DNA of 64,000 nt from Methanobacteriota archaeon. GTDB lineage: Archaea; Halobacteriota; Bog-38; Methanoflorentales; Methanoflorentaceae. Positions 28,592-39,193 of this stretch are shown here, piece after piece (within the stretch, counting starts at the first letter, position 1; every line of letters begins with the position of its first letter). A program made the translations under genes and the position numbers. The notes below the pieces were generated by a model. The model was not told the DNA's origin, searched no databases, and saw nothing but the letters and a program-made list of their open reading frames with translations. The DNA is taken from positions 160,001 to 224,000 of the forward strand of contig CAVRAO010000008.1 in NCBI GenBank assembly GCA_963719035.1. The letters run 5' to 3'.

Positions 28592-29068
28592 TCAATAGAG
28601 GGGCCCTAAGCACAAATGCAGTAAAGAGGCATCTGACACTTCAATGAGCTCATCGATTGCTTCTATTTTGCTCCAGGGAACCGTTATTTCGATATGCAAC
28701 GCTTGAATACCAACGCCAATCTCTAAGCCAATCTCTTTTGAATCGGAATCAATGCTAAAGTTTTTAACGTGACCGATATCACACCCACTTAACGAGACAA
28801 CTGCTTTTTTAAGCAACCCTTTCGCGTAAACGGCCTCAGCATCGCTCTCATTGAGTGACCTAAAACGTGCTGTATCGGAAATAGTCAAAGAGTCGTCGCC
28901 TGGTTCAACTTCAGATGGTGGAATCACAAAGGCATGTTTAGCAAATTCATCTTTAACTACCAACAGCCCCTCTTTAAACCCATCTTTATACGTCACGTCT
29001 GCGACGATGCCCCAGTCAGTCCCGCTTCTCGACGACACAGGCTTATTCAAAATGTTTTTTTGCCACAT
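28592..29068 (-). CDS. Tandem PRC-barrel domain protein
   Basis: KPVSSRSGTDWGIVAD and KAVVSLSGCDIGHVKN..VPWSKIEAI repeats. Confidence 0.65.
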   Translation of the reverse strand: MWQKNILNKPVSSRSGTDWGIVADVTYKDGFKEGLLVVKDEFAKHAFVIPPSEVEPGDDSLTISDTARFRSLNESDAEAVYAKGLLKKAVVSLSGCDIGHVKNFSIDSDSKEIGLEIGVGIQALHIEITVPWSKIEAIDELIEVSDASLLHLCLGPLY

Positions 29069-29161
29069 AGTATGACCCTTATGCACGTTACGAGTTAAAA
29101 ACCATATTGTTTGCTGTGAGCTATCGAAAAGGAAAACGAAAAGCGAAAAGTTCAATGCCCG

Positions 29162-29719
29162 CTACGGAAGCAAAGTGGCCATAATCACATAATGGTAGGG
29201 CCCCGAGTCCTGAATTGAAACCACATGAAATCCTGCTCGTTCGATGAGAGACGCGGCTTCTGACTCACTGAACCTTATGTCAACCGGCGGCCCAAACGGC
29301 GTCGGTTCTTTTTTCCAGTCCAGGTTGACGAGTCTACCGTCGATCTTAAGGGCCCGCTTGGCATTCAGCAAGACCTTGAACGGATCTTTGAAATCGTGCA
29401 GAGCTATTCCGATAAACGCAATGTCTGCACAACGCTCACACAAAAAGACGTCTTCGGCTGCGGCTCGCGTGACCCGAATATTGCCTAAACCCGCCTGTTC
29501 AGATTGCGCACGCAATTCTTCGAGAGCTTCACCGTCAATATCAATGCCGCATACTAAGCCGTCAGAACCTGCCATCTTGGCTGCTGGAAGAGCAAAAAAA
29601 CCAAATCCACAGGCGAGATCTATAAAAACGTCGCCGGACTTAACCCCCGCTTCGGTCAGGATTTGTTCAGGGTTCTGCCAGCTCCTTCTCTCTGCCTCGT
29701 TACGATACGTATGATGCAT
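29162..29719 (-). CDS. Class I SAM-dependent methyltransferase
   Basis: WQNPE, IDLACGFGFF, GIDID, LHDF, DWKK..GPP. Confidence 0.85.
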   Translation of the reverse strand: MHHTYRNEAERRSWQNPEQILTEAGVKSGDVFIDLACGFGFFALPAAKMAGSDGLVCGIDIDGEALEELRAQSEQAGLGNIRVTRAAAEDVFLCERCADIAFIGIALHDFKDPFKVLLNAKRALKIDGRLVNLDWKKEPTPFGPPVDIRFSESEAASLIERAGFHVVSIQDSGPYHYVIMATLLP

Positions 29720-29834
29720 GATCCTTCGCGTGCGAAAAAAGAAGCACACAAACTATTTATGTCTCCCTGGAGGTGAAAGATCGGCTCCGCTTTTCGGATC
29801 TTCAACTATTGATCACATGCTGATCCGTAACCGA

Positions 29835-30404
29835 TCATAATCCGTCTATCCTTACGTAATTTTCAGTAAATCGCAGGAATTGGACGAGCAAAAACCCCAG
29901 AAAAGTCAAGATGAGGGTATAAAGTATCATATCACTCCACAGATACCCGCCAATATTATCGATAATCGCATACTTTCGCATGTCAGCGATGAGATGGCTT
30001 GCCCAGATAGCGCAAGCGGCATAACCGGCGATTAGCGCAGTCCTCGGTCGACGTATAAAAGGCACAAATCCCACCAAGAAAACGAACGGTAAAACAACAA
30101 GTGAGTGCGAGATCTCGATGTTATTTACGAAATCAAATCCTCGTGCTAAGTCGGGCAAGAAGGCTATAAACGGCACCACAATCAAATAACGATAATTGAT
30201 GAATGGAAAGACGATACAAATTGCCAGCACAACATGTGCTATGATTTCATAGCGCTCCCGTGGTGGAAGATTAAACCATAGGTAAAAAAAGAGCAGCTGC
30301 GCAACGATAGCCACAGCAAGCTTAATGAGATCACCTTCAAGGGCCCGTCTCTTATAATCCCCTATTTGATCAGTCGGATAATAGGTCCTCTTTTGCGTTT
30401 CCAT
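29835..30404 (-). CDS. Hypothetical membrane protein
   Basis: Multiple TMs; FLPD, SHSL and SHLIAD resemble membrane metal-dependent hydrolases. Confidence 0.55.
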   Translation of the reverse strand: METQKRTYYPTDQIGDYKRRALEGDLIKLAVAIVAQLLFFYLWFNLPPRERYEIIAHVVLAICIVFPFINYRYLIVVPFIAFLPDLARGFDFVNNIEISHSLVVLPFVFLVGFVPFIRRPRTALIAGYAACAIWASHLIADMRKYAIIDNIGGYLWSDMILYTLILTFLGFLLVQFLRFTENYVRIDGL

Positions 30405-30546
30405 CGTAAAGCCTTTTCGAAAGAGCTTGTCTTTGTATATAGTTGTGCTGAGCGATCCTTACGTGATTTTTTGTACGATGAGTATTTTGTTGAGCGGGTT
30501 GTAATACGCCAAAAGCGCTACTAACAAAGCCACTATACCAGACGTA

Positions 30547-31761
30547 TCAGAATACTTTGAAGATGAGCAGGAGCCCAAATGATACCATCAGAAGCCCGGC
30601 TATAAGCCGCATATATCGCGCTGATTTCATTCTCCATTCTTCGGCCCTGTCTGTACTCACCTTGATCGCGTAGATCGCTATGAATACGAGGATCATTGGC
30701 AAGACAAATGCAAACGAAAACAAGGCGGTGTAGAGGTTGTTCTGCATCGTAGGCATGCTGGTCAAGTATGTCGTCGAAAAGTATGTGAACGGACCGATTG
30801 TGCACGGCAAAGCGGCAATCGTTGCTATGCAGCCGAGCCCTATTATCGCAATAAAAGAGCCGGTTTTTCCGAGAGTGCTGATGCTGTGTTTGGTGAACGT
30901 TGGGATTTTGAAACTAAACCAGCGGTTATACCAGAAGAAATCCTTGATCGAAACGATCCCGACAACGAGGAGGAAGATGCCAATTGCAGTCTTTGTCAGT
31001 GCAAGGTTCGATGCGCCAATAATTCGAACAAACTGCACAACCGCAAGTGCTGTAAGGAAGAATACAACGAACACCGTGGCAATGTAAGTCACCCCGATAG
31101 CGAGAGCGCGAGAGCGCGAGCCGGTTAGGGCAATCGTCCCCATGAGGAATATGAGCACCGAAAACACACACGGGTTTATTCCACTAATTAGCCCCGTCGT
31201 GATAAAAAGAGGAAGGGGGAAGCTGCCTTGGGCGTTTGTACCGTCGTCTGTCGTTGTTGAGTTCCCTGTGGAATTGCTTGTATGAGTCGTGGGTTTAGGC
31301 GTCGGGGTTGGCACGACGTGGCCCGTGATCTGATCGCCAGGGCCGGTCGCTCCGTTCTGAACGGCCCTCGCAACTTCTGCTTGCACGTCGGAGATTGACT
31401 CCTCGCCTCCCAAGAACTTCTTTTTGCCGATGAATATGGATGGCACAGAGTCAAACGTCATATTGTATGCTGCTATAAACTTCTGAAAAAGGGTGTAATT
31501 CGCGTCATTTTGGGTTTCGATCCTATAGACGTGAAGGGTGGGGTACTGACGTTCCAGCGCCGCTATCGTCGGCGCTATAGCCTGACAGTGCGGACAATCA
31601 GTTCTATAAAATTCATACAAGTTTACAGGCCACGGAGGATATTTCGCAATTGAGGTAGTGTTTGAAAGCGATGGCGTCTGCGCTGCCACGGGACCAACGG
31701 CTGAGCTAAATAACAGTGTTATTAGCACAATCGACAGTCCGAAAATCGCTTTCTTGTGCAT
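30547..31761 (-). CDS. Exported thioredoxin (CPHC) fused to CcdA/DsbD-like membrane domain
   Basis: Signal peptide, CPHC, VP motif, Pro/Thr linker, INPC and LPCT membrane cysteines. Confidence 0.85.
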   Translation of the reverse strand: MHKKAIFGLSIVLITLLFSSAVGPVAAQTPSLSNTTSIAKYPPWPVNLYEFYRTDCPHCQAIAPTIAALERQYPTLHVYRIETQNDANYTLFQKFIAAYNMTFDSVPSIFIGKKKFLGGEESISDVQAEVARAVQNGATGPGDQITGHVVPTPTPKPTTHTSNSTGNSTTTDDGTNAQGSFPLPLFITTGLISGINPCVFSVLIFLMGTIALTGSRSRALAIGVTYIATVFVVFFLTALAVVQFVRIIGASNLALTKTAIGIFLLVVGIVSIKDFFWYNRWFSFKIPTFTKHSISTLGKTGSFIAIIGLGCIATIAALPCTIGPFTYFSTTYLTSMPTMQNNLYTALFSFAFVLPMILVFIAIYAIKVSTDRAEEWRMKSARYMRLIAGLLMVSFGLLLIFKVF

Positions 31762-32078
31762 AAACCTCAGTACCCTCGTGTTCTTGTGTTGTGTGTAAAA
31801 CGAGACGAATCTTCGTTAACGCATTTGTTTTGAATGTATGCGTCTTTTTAATAAATTATCTTCTTGTTCGTATAATTAAGTTTTGTTCTCAGTAGCTATA
31901 ACGTTCACTGTCGACATCAAACGATAAGGCAGTAGCACTCATTTCTTCTGTACTTTATATCCTTCTTCGTACCGTTTAGCGAGGATATCTAAAAAAACAA
32001 TTGACTGATCTCCCCATGTAAGAAGGATGTGTGGCCTTTTACTTGGTCGCAAAAGACGCGAATCAACATTAGGGCCGT

Positions 32079-33518
32079 CTAGTAAGTCTGCAGTCGTATC
32101 CGTTGGCCTAGTATGCACTTCCCGCCCCTTAGTCCCCCAAATGGGTTTTTCGGTGTCCCTAGTGAATTCATGCAACGCGCCATGATGGCAGCTCCTCGCG
32201 CGAGCCCATCATCGACGAACACGATATACTCCTCTGGCTTAGCGTAGATGCCCAGCTCTTTGATGACCTTCAAAATATGCTTCGGCTTGTTTCCAGTGAT
32301 GCCCGCGCGGCCTGTTATCCCAATACTTGTCTTGTCATTGATCAGACCCTTTGTAAATGCCGCCTTTATGATCCTCTCAGCGATGCCGGTAGAGACCCAG
32401 TCAATCACGTCGTAGAGCATTTCGAGTCCAAAATCGTGATAAATCTCGCCGCCAACTTTCGAAATCCGGTGAAGATCGCTGCCGTTTTCACCCGAATCAA
32501 CGCCGATGAGTGTTAATCCTATTTGCTCTGCCGCGCGTGGATTGACGGGAACGCTCCCAAATCGCTTCGATGTTTTTGGCACTTCTTCTATTCGGATGTG
32601 TTCGTGGATCTCGTTTGCGAGAGCTCTTGCGTCCCGCTCCCGCCCAATGCCGACCTTTAACCGGCTGGGCTTTGGCAGATCGAACGTCGTACCGCTCGTT
32701 TCATCTACGAGACCGGTGCCGCGCCCAACGGAATCGACGATTTCCCCTGAGATGCCGCAAAAGTTCGCAATTGTGTTCGCATAGGGAAGAACGTCGTTGG
32801 TAATGCGCCCTTTGAAGGTCGTTCCGAAATCCATCGACAGGCACGGATTTCGGAAGTCAACATCTGCCCATTTCGCCCCTTCCTTGATTCCCGCAGTCGC
32901 TAGCTCCCCTTCCATCTCATTTGCAACTACTTCAACGCCGGTCGAGCCTATCGGAGGCAGGACGCCACTCACCGAACCGTCAAACGCGACTTTATCGAGG
33001 AGACTGTATTCGCGAAACTTCTTCGGAAGGTGGTGAAGACTCATTGCTGGCGTCATTTTTCTTGCTGTAACGCCCGCCATTAAACAGCCATCGGCGAGTG
33101 CCTTTATGAACTCGCCAATGTCTTCGGGCCGATCAAACCCGGCGACGACGCCGGTAGAGCGCACGACAAAGTGAAGATCATCAGCAAGCTCGAGATTAGC
33201 GTTTCGCACCGACTGAATTAGGGTCCGTTTCACCATTTCGGCGATGCTGTTTCGTGTAAGCGGCTTGTAGGTAAGTGTACGCCCAAAGATCTCTTCGCCT
33301 GGCTTCGGGTCGCGCACGTCACGCGTCATACTGACGACTTTGTTAACGACATATGCCTTGCCTTCACGCATGTTCGTGGCCGTGAGGATACTCTTTGTCG
33401 TCGTGTTGCCCACTTCGACGGACGCCACCACATAGAACGGCCCCTTTTTGATTTCAAGCAGGGACACCTCTTCGTTCCTTGCTATCTTCGGTTTAGCCCC
33501 CCACAGACCTAAGGCCAC
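32079..33518 (-). CDS. Methanogenesis marker protein 14
   Basis: VASVEVGNTTTKSILTA, FVVRSTGV, VANEMEGELATAGIK, DFGTT, ARCMNSLG. Confidence 0.85.
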   Translation of the reverse strand: MALGLWGAKPKIARNEEVSLLEIKKGPFYVVASVEVGNTTTKSILTATNMREGKAYVVNKVVSMTRDVRDPKPGEEIFGRTLTYKPLTRNSIAEMVKRTLIQSVRNANLELADDLHFVVRSTGVVAGFDRPEDIGEFIKALADGCLMAGVTARKMTPAMSLHHLPKKFREYSLLDKVAFDGSVSGVLPPIGSTGVEVVANEMEGELATAGIKEGAKWADVDFRNPCLSMDFGTTFKGRITNDVLPYANTIANFCGISGEIVDSVGRGTGLVDETSGTTFDLPKPSRLKVGIGRERDARALANEIHEHIRIEEVPKTSKRFGSVPVNPRAAEQIGLTLIGVDSGENGSDLHRISKVGGEIYHDFGLEMLYDVIDWVSTGIAERIIKAAFTKGLINDKTSIGITGRAGITGNKPKHILKVIKELGIYAKPEEYIVFVDDGLARGAAIMARCMNSLGTPKNPFGGLRGGKCILGQRIRLQTY

Positions 33519-33633
33519 GATGTTTTCCCCTCCTCAATATTCCTCAATGACGCAGCAATCGATTTCTTCCAGCTATTAAACCAGATCATTTATTTTCTGC
33601 TCTGTTACGGCAACGTATTTTTTTAGCTTATAA

Positions 33634-34377
33634 TCATTGATTTTTATTTGGATTCTCGTTAATAAGTCCTAAGAGCATTCCTCGCCCCTTTCGCGATTTA
33701 AAAAGCGGAACGTCCCAATTTTGAACAATTCTTGATCGCTGCCCACTGCTTGGCCGACCTGTGTTGTCAATGCCCTGCTTTTCGTAAAGCTCCTTATGAA
33801 CAAGAATCCCCTTCCGCTGCCACGATGGAGTCTTTGCAAGGTTGACACCGCGGTTGAACATAAACTCGTGCATTTCGCTAGCGTTCATCTCAAACAGTTT
33901 AGCGTGAGCGTCTCGCGCACACTCGCCTTCTTGTCTCAAATGGTAGTAGGTGTATGCGTGCAGATGATTTCGCCAAGCTTCATTTTGTCGCCATTCGAGA
34001 TACGGAGGTACATCCAGCTTGTTCACGGGAACGACGCGTGCATCGAACGCTAAAGGCATACTGGGCGCGAGCTGTAATGTCACTGCACTCGCAAAGAAGC
34101 TGGCGATAACAGAATCAAGCTTCTCGATCCTGCCATCAAAAGGAGCTTCAAGAAAGAGAGCATTTGCTTCGTCAGAAAACGTGAAAACCAGCTGCGCCGG
34201 CAGGCCACTTCGGTGCATAAGGGCTTCCGAAGCAGCGGCCATAGACTTCGCAAAGGTGAGGTCGTGCGGCTGTTCGCTTTTAAGCAGCGAAAGCGCGTGT
34301 CGGAAATTCCTTCCGTCAACACGAACAAAAAAAGGAGCGACTGTACGCAAGCCTGCGTAGATCTCGCGCTCTTTCAT
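33634..34377 (-). CDS. thg1: tRNA(His) guanylyltransferase Thg1-like
   Basis: RVDGRNF, FSDE, FDGRIEKLDS, FDAR, WRQ.EAWRN. Confidence 0.9.
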   Translation of the reverse strand: MKEREIYAGLRTVAPFFVRVDGRNFRHALSLLKSEQPHDLTFAKSMAAASEALMHRSGLPAQLVFTFSDEANALFLEAPFDGRIEKLDSVIASFFASAVTLQLAPSMPLAFDARVVPVNKLDVPPYLEWRQNEAWRNHLHAYTYYHLRQEGECARDAHAKLFEMNASEMHEFMFNRGVNLAKTPSWQRKGILVHKELYEKQGIDNTGRPSSGQRSRIVQNWDVPLFKSRKGRGMLLGLINENPNKNQ

Positions 34378-34646
34378 TACGCTTCTTCTTTGGGCTTGGC
34401 TCGACTGATGAGCGTTTTCACGACGCTGCTAACGAGGATAATGTCAGCTATAGACTTTGCGAACCGGTAGGGTATCACTACAAATCGGTACTTTATGTCA
34501 AAAATATTATGGTTAATGTCGCCAATAACGAGGCCTGTAACCCTCTTATCGTTCGTGTCGATCTTGATATCCTCCACTTTTCCTACATAATCTCCTTTAT
34601 CAGTGTATACGTTAAGATCCATTATCTGTGTTAGCTCGATTCGCAT
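34377..34646 (-). CDS. PRC-barrel domain protein
   Basis: VYTDKGDYVGKVED, IPYR..KSIADIILV. Confidence 0.85.
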   Translation of the reverse strand: MRIELTQIMDLNVYTDKGDYVGKVEDIKIDTNDKRVTGLVIGDINHNIFDIKYRFVVIPYRFAKSIADIILVSSVVKTLISRAKPKEEA

Positions 34647-34745
34647 TTTAACCTCCCTTTCGAGTTTCGTGTAACAGCTCCTCCATGCACTATCGACTAA
34701 AGTGATATATAGTTTATTAAATAAAGGCTAAATCAGGATTATTCT

Positions 34746-35852
34746 ATGGCTTGGTCTTTTCGAATCGCTACCGTTCGCGGAATCCCGATTCTTATCAATA
34801 TTACGCTTATACTGATTATTCCCCTCTTCGCCTTCGCGTTTTCCATCTCCCCCCCGCCTCTAGGGTTTGGAAACGTTCCCAACTCATTCGTTTACGGGAC
34901 AATAGCGGGCATTATGATCTTTGTTTTCGTGCTGCTCCACGAGCTTGGGCACTCCCTTCTGGCCTTGCACTACAGCATCGAAGTGAAAAGCATAACGCTT
35001 TACCTCATCGGAGGGGTTTCTGCAATCGAAATCCCGAAAGATCCAAAACTCGAGTTCAGAACTGCGTTAGTCGGGCCACTGGTCAGCTTGGGCCTCGGCG
35101 CGCTCTTTTTCGGATTGAGCCTTGCAGTGACCGCAACTGTGCCAAATCTGTTTTTGCAGAACTTTGCGTATATTAACCTTGTTCTCGGTGGGTTCAATAT
35201 CCTTCCAGCGTTTCCTATGGATGGCGGACGCGTGTTCCGGGCATGGCTTGCCGGTCGGCAGCCTTATTTGCAGGCGACGCACACCGCCGTGCAAATTGGC
35301 AAGATTTTTGCGATTGCAATGGGCATCGCCGGATTGTTTTATCTCGGTCCATTTATCATCATCATAGCTTTCTTTATCTATATCGCGGCGTCTGATGAGG
35401 AGCGACAGACGACGATCACGCAGACGCTTGCGGGAATTAAGGTGCGGGATATCATGACGACGGACGTGATGACCGTCCCTCCGTCGATGCCGATTACCCA
35501 GCTGATCGAAGTGATGTTTCAGAGCAAACACGCGAGTTATCCTGTCGTCGACAAAGGAACGCTTGTGGGTCTCATTACCTTTGGCAATGTGCATCAGGTG
35601 CCCGCAAACCGTCGAGATGATATTATGGTGGGCAACGTCATGACGCGCAACTTTGAGCCCGCAAAGCCTGATGACGAAGCTTCTGAGGCATTCGTTAAGC
35701 TTGCGCAACAGAAGCTGGGGTCGATTCCGGTCGTGCAGGATGGCAACGTGGTCGGGATCGTCACGCAAAAAGACGTAACAAGCGCCATGACTCTGCTCGG
35801 GGAGGCGCGCGAACAGCTCGTGCGCCCTGACGGCACTGTGATCAAAGCTTAA
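34746..35852 (+). CDS. Site-2 protease (M50) with tandem CBS domains
   Basis: HELGH, GP, FNILPAFPMDGGR, two CBS repeats. Confidence 0.92.
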   Translation: MAWSFRIATVRGIPILINITLILIIPLFAFAFSISPPPLGFGNVPNSFVYGTIAGIMIFVFVLLHELGHSLLALHYSIEVKSITLYLIGGVSAIEIPKDPKLEFRTALVGPLVSLGLGALFFGLSLAVTATVPNLFLQNFAYINLVLGGFNILPAFPMDGGRVFRAWLAGRQPYLQATHTAVQIGKIFAIAMGIAGLFYLGPFIIIIAFFIYIAASDEERQTTITQTLAGIKVRDIMTTDVMTVPPSMPITQLIEVMFQSKHASYPVVDKGTLVGLITFGNVHQVPANRRDDIMVGNVMTRNFEPAKPDDEASEAFVKLAQQKLGSIPVVQDGNVVGIVTQKDVTSAMTLLGEAREQLVRPDGTVIKA

Positions 35853-35867
35853 TGGAAGCAGGACCTG

Positions 35868-37071
35868 ATGAACGAAAGCCCCGATCAGCCCCCAGAAATC
35901 ATCGTTGTCGGAACTGCACATATCTCAGAAGAGAGCATCGCAGAAGTACACCGGACCATCGAAGAGAACGACCTGACGTCGTGGCGGTTGAGTTGGACCC
36001 TGGACGGTACCAGGCGTTGACGCACCCTGAACAACAAAGTGCATCGATCAAGGATATCCTCTCGAGCGGCAAACTATACCAGTTCTTAGTTCACTGGCTG
36101 CTCGCCTACGTACAGAACAAGCTCGGCGTCGGAAGTCGGCGTTAAGCCCGGGAGCGAGATGCTGTCCGCTATCGATGCGGCACGGAGCGTCGGGTGCGAG
36201 CGTGGCACTCGTCGATCGCGATATTAACGTAACCATCGCTCGATTCTGGGCGAAGATGCGCCTCATTGAGAAGTTGAAAATGCTTTTCGCGCTTCTCGGG
36301 ATTACGACAAGTGACGAGGAAATCGACCTCAACGAGATCACGAACGACGATACTATCTCACAACTTGTCACTGAACTGCGGCAATTCTCACCAAACGCAG
36401 CACAAGTGCTCGTCGACGAGCGTGACGCGTACTTAGCAGGCAATTTACTCAGACTACGCGGAAAGATCGTAGCAGTCGTCGGCGCGGGCCATAAAGAGGG
36501 AATAAAACATTATCTTGACCACCCAGAGCTCGTTCCGTCACTTGAAGAGCTCAATACTATTCCGAAGAAACGCTTCAACTTCACAAAAATTGTGGGAATT
36601 GCTTTTTTAGCGGTAATAATAGGATTATTCGCGCTCATAATTCTTTCCGGCGCCCCACTCGCCGTCGTGTTGCTTGCCTTCGGGTATTGGTTTATCCTTC
36701 ACGCTGTTCTTGCAGCTGGTTTTGCTACAGCTAGTAGAAGTCATCCGCTTACAATTGCTGCGTCCGCCGGTTACGCTGGCTTTAGCCCCTTTATTCCGAT
36801 TCCATTTCTCAAGGTTGGCGTCATTGCCGGATTAATTGAAGCGGCAAAGCGACCACCAAGAACCGAAGATTTTTCAGGAATCACTAAAGCTACTTCAGTC
36901 CGAGAACTTCTTTCGAACAAGCTTTTTAGAATACTCGTAGTTGCCGTCGCGGTTAACGTAGGCAGCTCCCTAGCGACTTTCATCGCTCTGCTCGTTATAT
37001 TTCCGATGACTGGCGTGAACCCGTATGATCTCCTGCAAACCGCCTTCTCGCGCATAGCGGGGATGGTGTAG
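35868..37071 (+). CDS. TraB/PrgY family protein (three apparent frameshifts in 35960-36195)
   Basis: VGTAHIS, PDVVAVELD, KPGSEM, DRDI, ERD, VVGAGH recovered across frames. Confidence 0.8.
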
Positions 37072-37075
37072 AGCA

Positions 37076-37699
37076 ATGACGCGACACACGACAAGCAGCA
37101 AGGAAGTGCTTGACCTTCTTATAGCGTGGCTGGGCGTGTCATTCGCCTTCTATCTCGTATTATTCCGACCGAACTGGTCTCACGCGTCGTTCGAGAGCGT
37201 CCTCCCTCCACTGATCATCACCCTAGTCGTCGTTGGCTCAAGTTTTGTCTTACACGAGCTTTTGCACAAGTTTACGGCTCAGCATTTTGGTTTCTGGTCT
37301 GAATTTAGAGCAAGCTATACTATGCTTGCATTTGCGATCCTGTTTGCCGCCATTGCAGGAATCGTTTTCGCGGCCCCCGGCGCTACGATGATTTACGGAC
37401 CGACCATCACCAAGCGACAAAATGGGATCATTTCTGCCGCTGGACCCCTACTAAATCTAGCGTTAGGTGGATTGTTCTTACTACTCTATCTCCTCGCGCC
37501 GTCGGGAGGCGTGCTCAGAGAGTTGGGGTACCTCGGTTTTTTTATCAACGTTTGGCTTTCTGCCTTCAACTTGCTGCCGATAGGCCCCCTCGACGGAAAA
37601 AAAGTGCTTGACTGGGGGATCCCACAATACGTAGTGATAGCAACGCTGCCTTTTTTAGCGGCCATTTTTATCTTTACTGGCGGTTTCAACCTGCTCTAA
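37076..37699 (+). CDS. Site-2 protease family (M50) zinc metalloprotease
   Basis: HELLHK, FAAPGA, AGP, FNLLP..PLDG. Confidence 0.88.
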   Translation: MTRHTTSSKEVLDLLIAWLGVSFAFYLVLFRPNWSHASFESVLPPLIITLVVVGSSFVLHELLHKFTAQHFGFWSEFRASYTMLAFAILFAAIAGIVFAAPGATMIYGPTITKRQNGIISAAGPLLNLALGGLFLLLYLLAPSGGVLRELGYLGFFINVWLSAFNLLPIGPLDGKKVLDWGIPQYVVIATLPFLAAIFIFTGGFNLL

Positions 37700-37854
37700 A
37701 CGATATTAGTCTGCGTTATCTTGCACATACATCTTTCTAACGACAGAGGTGGCTCAAAAAACAGAGCTGTGGAAAAAAGGAAGCTACAAAGAACAGTTGA
37801 TTTGCAACAAACTATTAATAGTAACAAGAAGGGCGGAAAATTACAAGGCAAAAT

Positions 37855-39033
37855 ATGCAACAGAAGATGAAACAGAAGAGACCTTTTCACGTCATGATAA
37901 TACCGACCCTCGGCTGTCCCTCCAAATGCGCCTACTGCTGGAGTTCTGAGGTAGGTTCACCCGTCATGAGCATCGAGACGATAAAGGATATTATAGCCTG
38001 GCTCAAGGACTTCAGAAACGATCCGGTCACATTCACGTTTCACGGCGGAGAACCCCTCCTGGCCGGGGCCGATTTCTATCAGCAGGCTCTGCCCCTGCTG
38101 ACTAATGAACTTCAGGATATCGAGCCCAACTTCGCCTTGCAGACCAACCTCTGGAAGCTCACTCCCGATCTGGCTGAGATTCTGGCCAAATACAAAATTC
38201 CTATCGGCTCCAGCCTGGACGGGCCGAAGGAGCTAAACGACCTGCAGAGATCAAAGGGCTACTATGACAGGACCATGAAGGGGTATGAGCTGGCCAAAAA
38301 ACATGGACTTCAGGTGCAGTTCATTTGCACCTTCACCTCCCACTCCGTGCAGTTCAAGGAGGATATCTTCAAATTTTTCATGGATAACCATCTCACCCTC
38401 AAGCTGCACCCGGCGCTGCCCTCTCTAAAAAGCTACGAGCCGGACCGGTGGGCCCTTTCCCCTGAGAAATACGGAGACCTCTTGGTCTATCTGCTGGACA
38501 AGTATCTGGAGAATATGGACCAGATAGAGGTGCGAAACATCAACGACTATGCCCGATGCGTCTTGACCGGTAGAGGTACGGTCTGCACTTTCGTAGACTG
38601 CATGGAGAACACCTTTGCCGTGGGCCCTGATGGCAGCATTTATCCCTGCTACCGGTTCGTGGGAATGCTCGAGTATGTCATGGGCCACGTCCGGGACCGC
38701 CCCAGCCAAGAGGATCTAATCCAGTCGGCGGCAGGAGTTCGCATGCAACGCTTCAAGGAGCATGTAGACCGGGAATGCACGGGTTGCAGACACATCCGCT
38801 ACTGCCGGGGGGGCTGCCCCTACAATGCAATAGCGCGGAGCGACGGTGAGATCGAAGGGGTTGATCCCCACTGCCAGGCCTACAGGCGGATTTTCAAAGA
38901 GATTGCCGATCGCTTCAACCTAGAGCTGATGGGCTCGCTGGACATGGAGATGGGACTGCCAGCCAGGCCAAAAGCCGAAAAGGGAATCAGGCCGGCGATT
39001 ATGCCCCTAGTGCGAAAGCTGGCATCGGATTAA
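37855..39033 (+). CDS. Radical SAM/SPASM enzyme, TIGR04083-like (putative peptide-modifying)
   Basis: PFHVMIIPTLGCPSKCAYC (CxxxCxxC), FHGGEPL, SPASM CTFVDC..DGSIYPC..CTGC.....CRGGC. Confidence 0.85.
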   Translation: MQQKMKQKRPFHVMIIPTLGCPSKCAYCWSSEVGSPVMSIETIKDIIAWLKDFRNDPVTFTFHGGEPLLAGADFYQQALPLLTNELQDIEPNFALQTNLWKLTPDLAEILAKYKIPIGSSLDGPKELNDLQRSKGYYDRTMKGYELAKKHGLQVQFICTFTSHSVQFKEDIFKFFMDNHLTLKLHPALPSLKSYEPDRWALSPEKYGDLLVYLLDKYLENMDQIEVRNINDYARCVLTGRGTVCTFVDCMENTFAVGPDGSIYPCYRFVGMLEYVMGHVRDRPSQEDLIQSAAGVRMQRFKEHVDRECTGCRHIRYCRGGCPYNAIARSDGEIEGVDPHCQAYRRIFKEIADRFNLELMGSLDMEMGLPARPKAEKGIRPAIMPLVRKLASD

Positions 39034-39193
39034 TACTTATCCTCCAGCAGGGTAATGCTACCTATCCAGAGTGAGTGTATTCTCACTTCGTGAATTGATC
39101 CAGCGGCATTCAGCTCCTTATCTCCGTCAGAAGGCTTTAATACCATCAATCTGGATAAACTGCTTCAAACACAGCCAATAAGGTCAAGATAAA

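Noticed and set aside
33634-34377. Pyrrolysine read-through in Thg1 as in some Methanosarcina
   Set aside because: The ORF is uninterrupted, with no in-frame TAG
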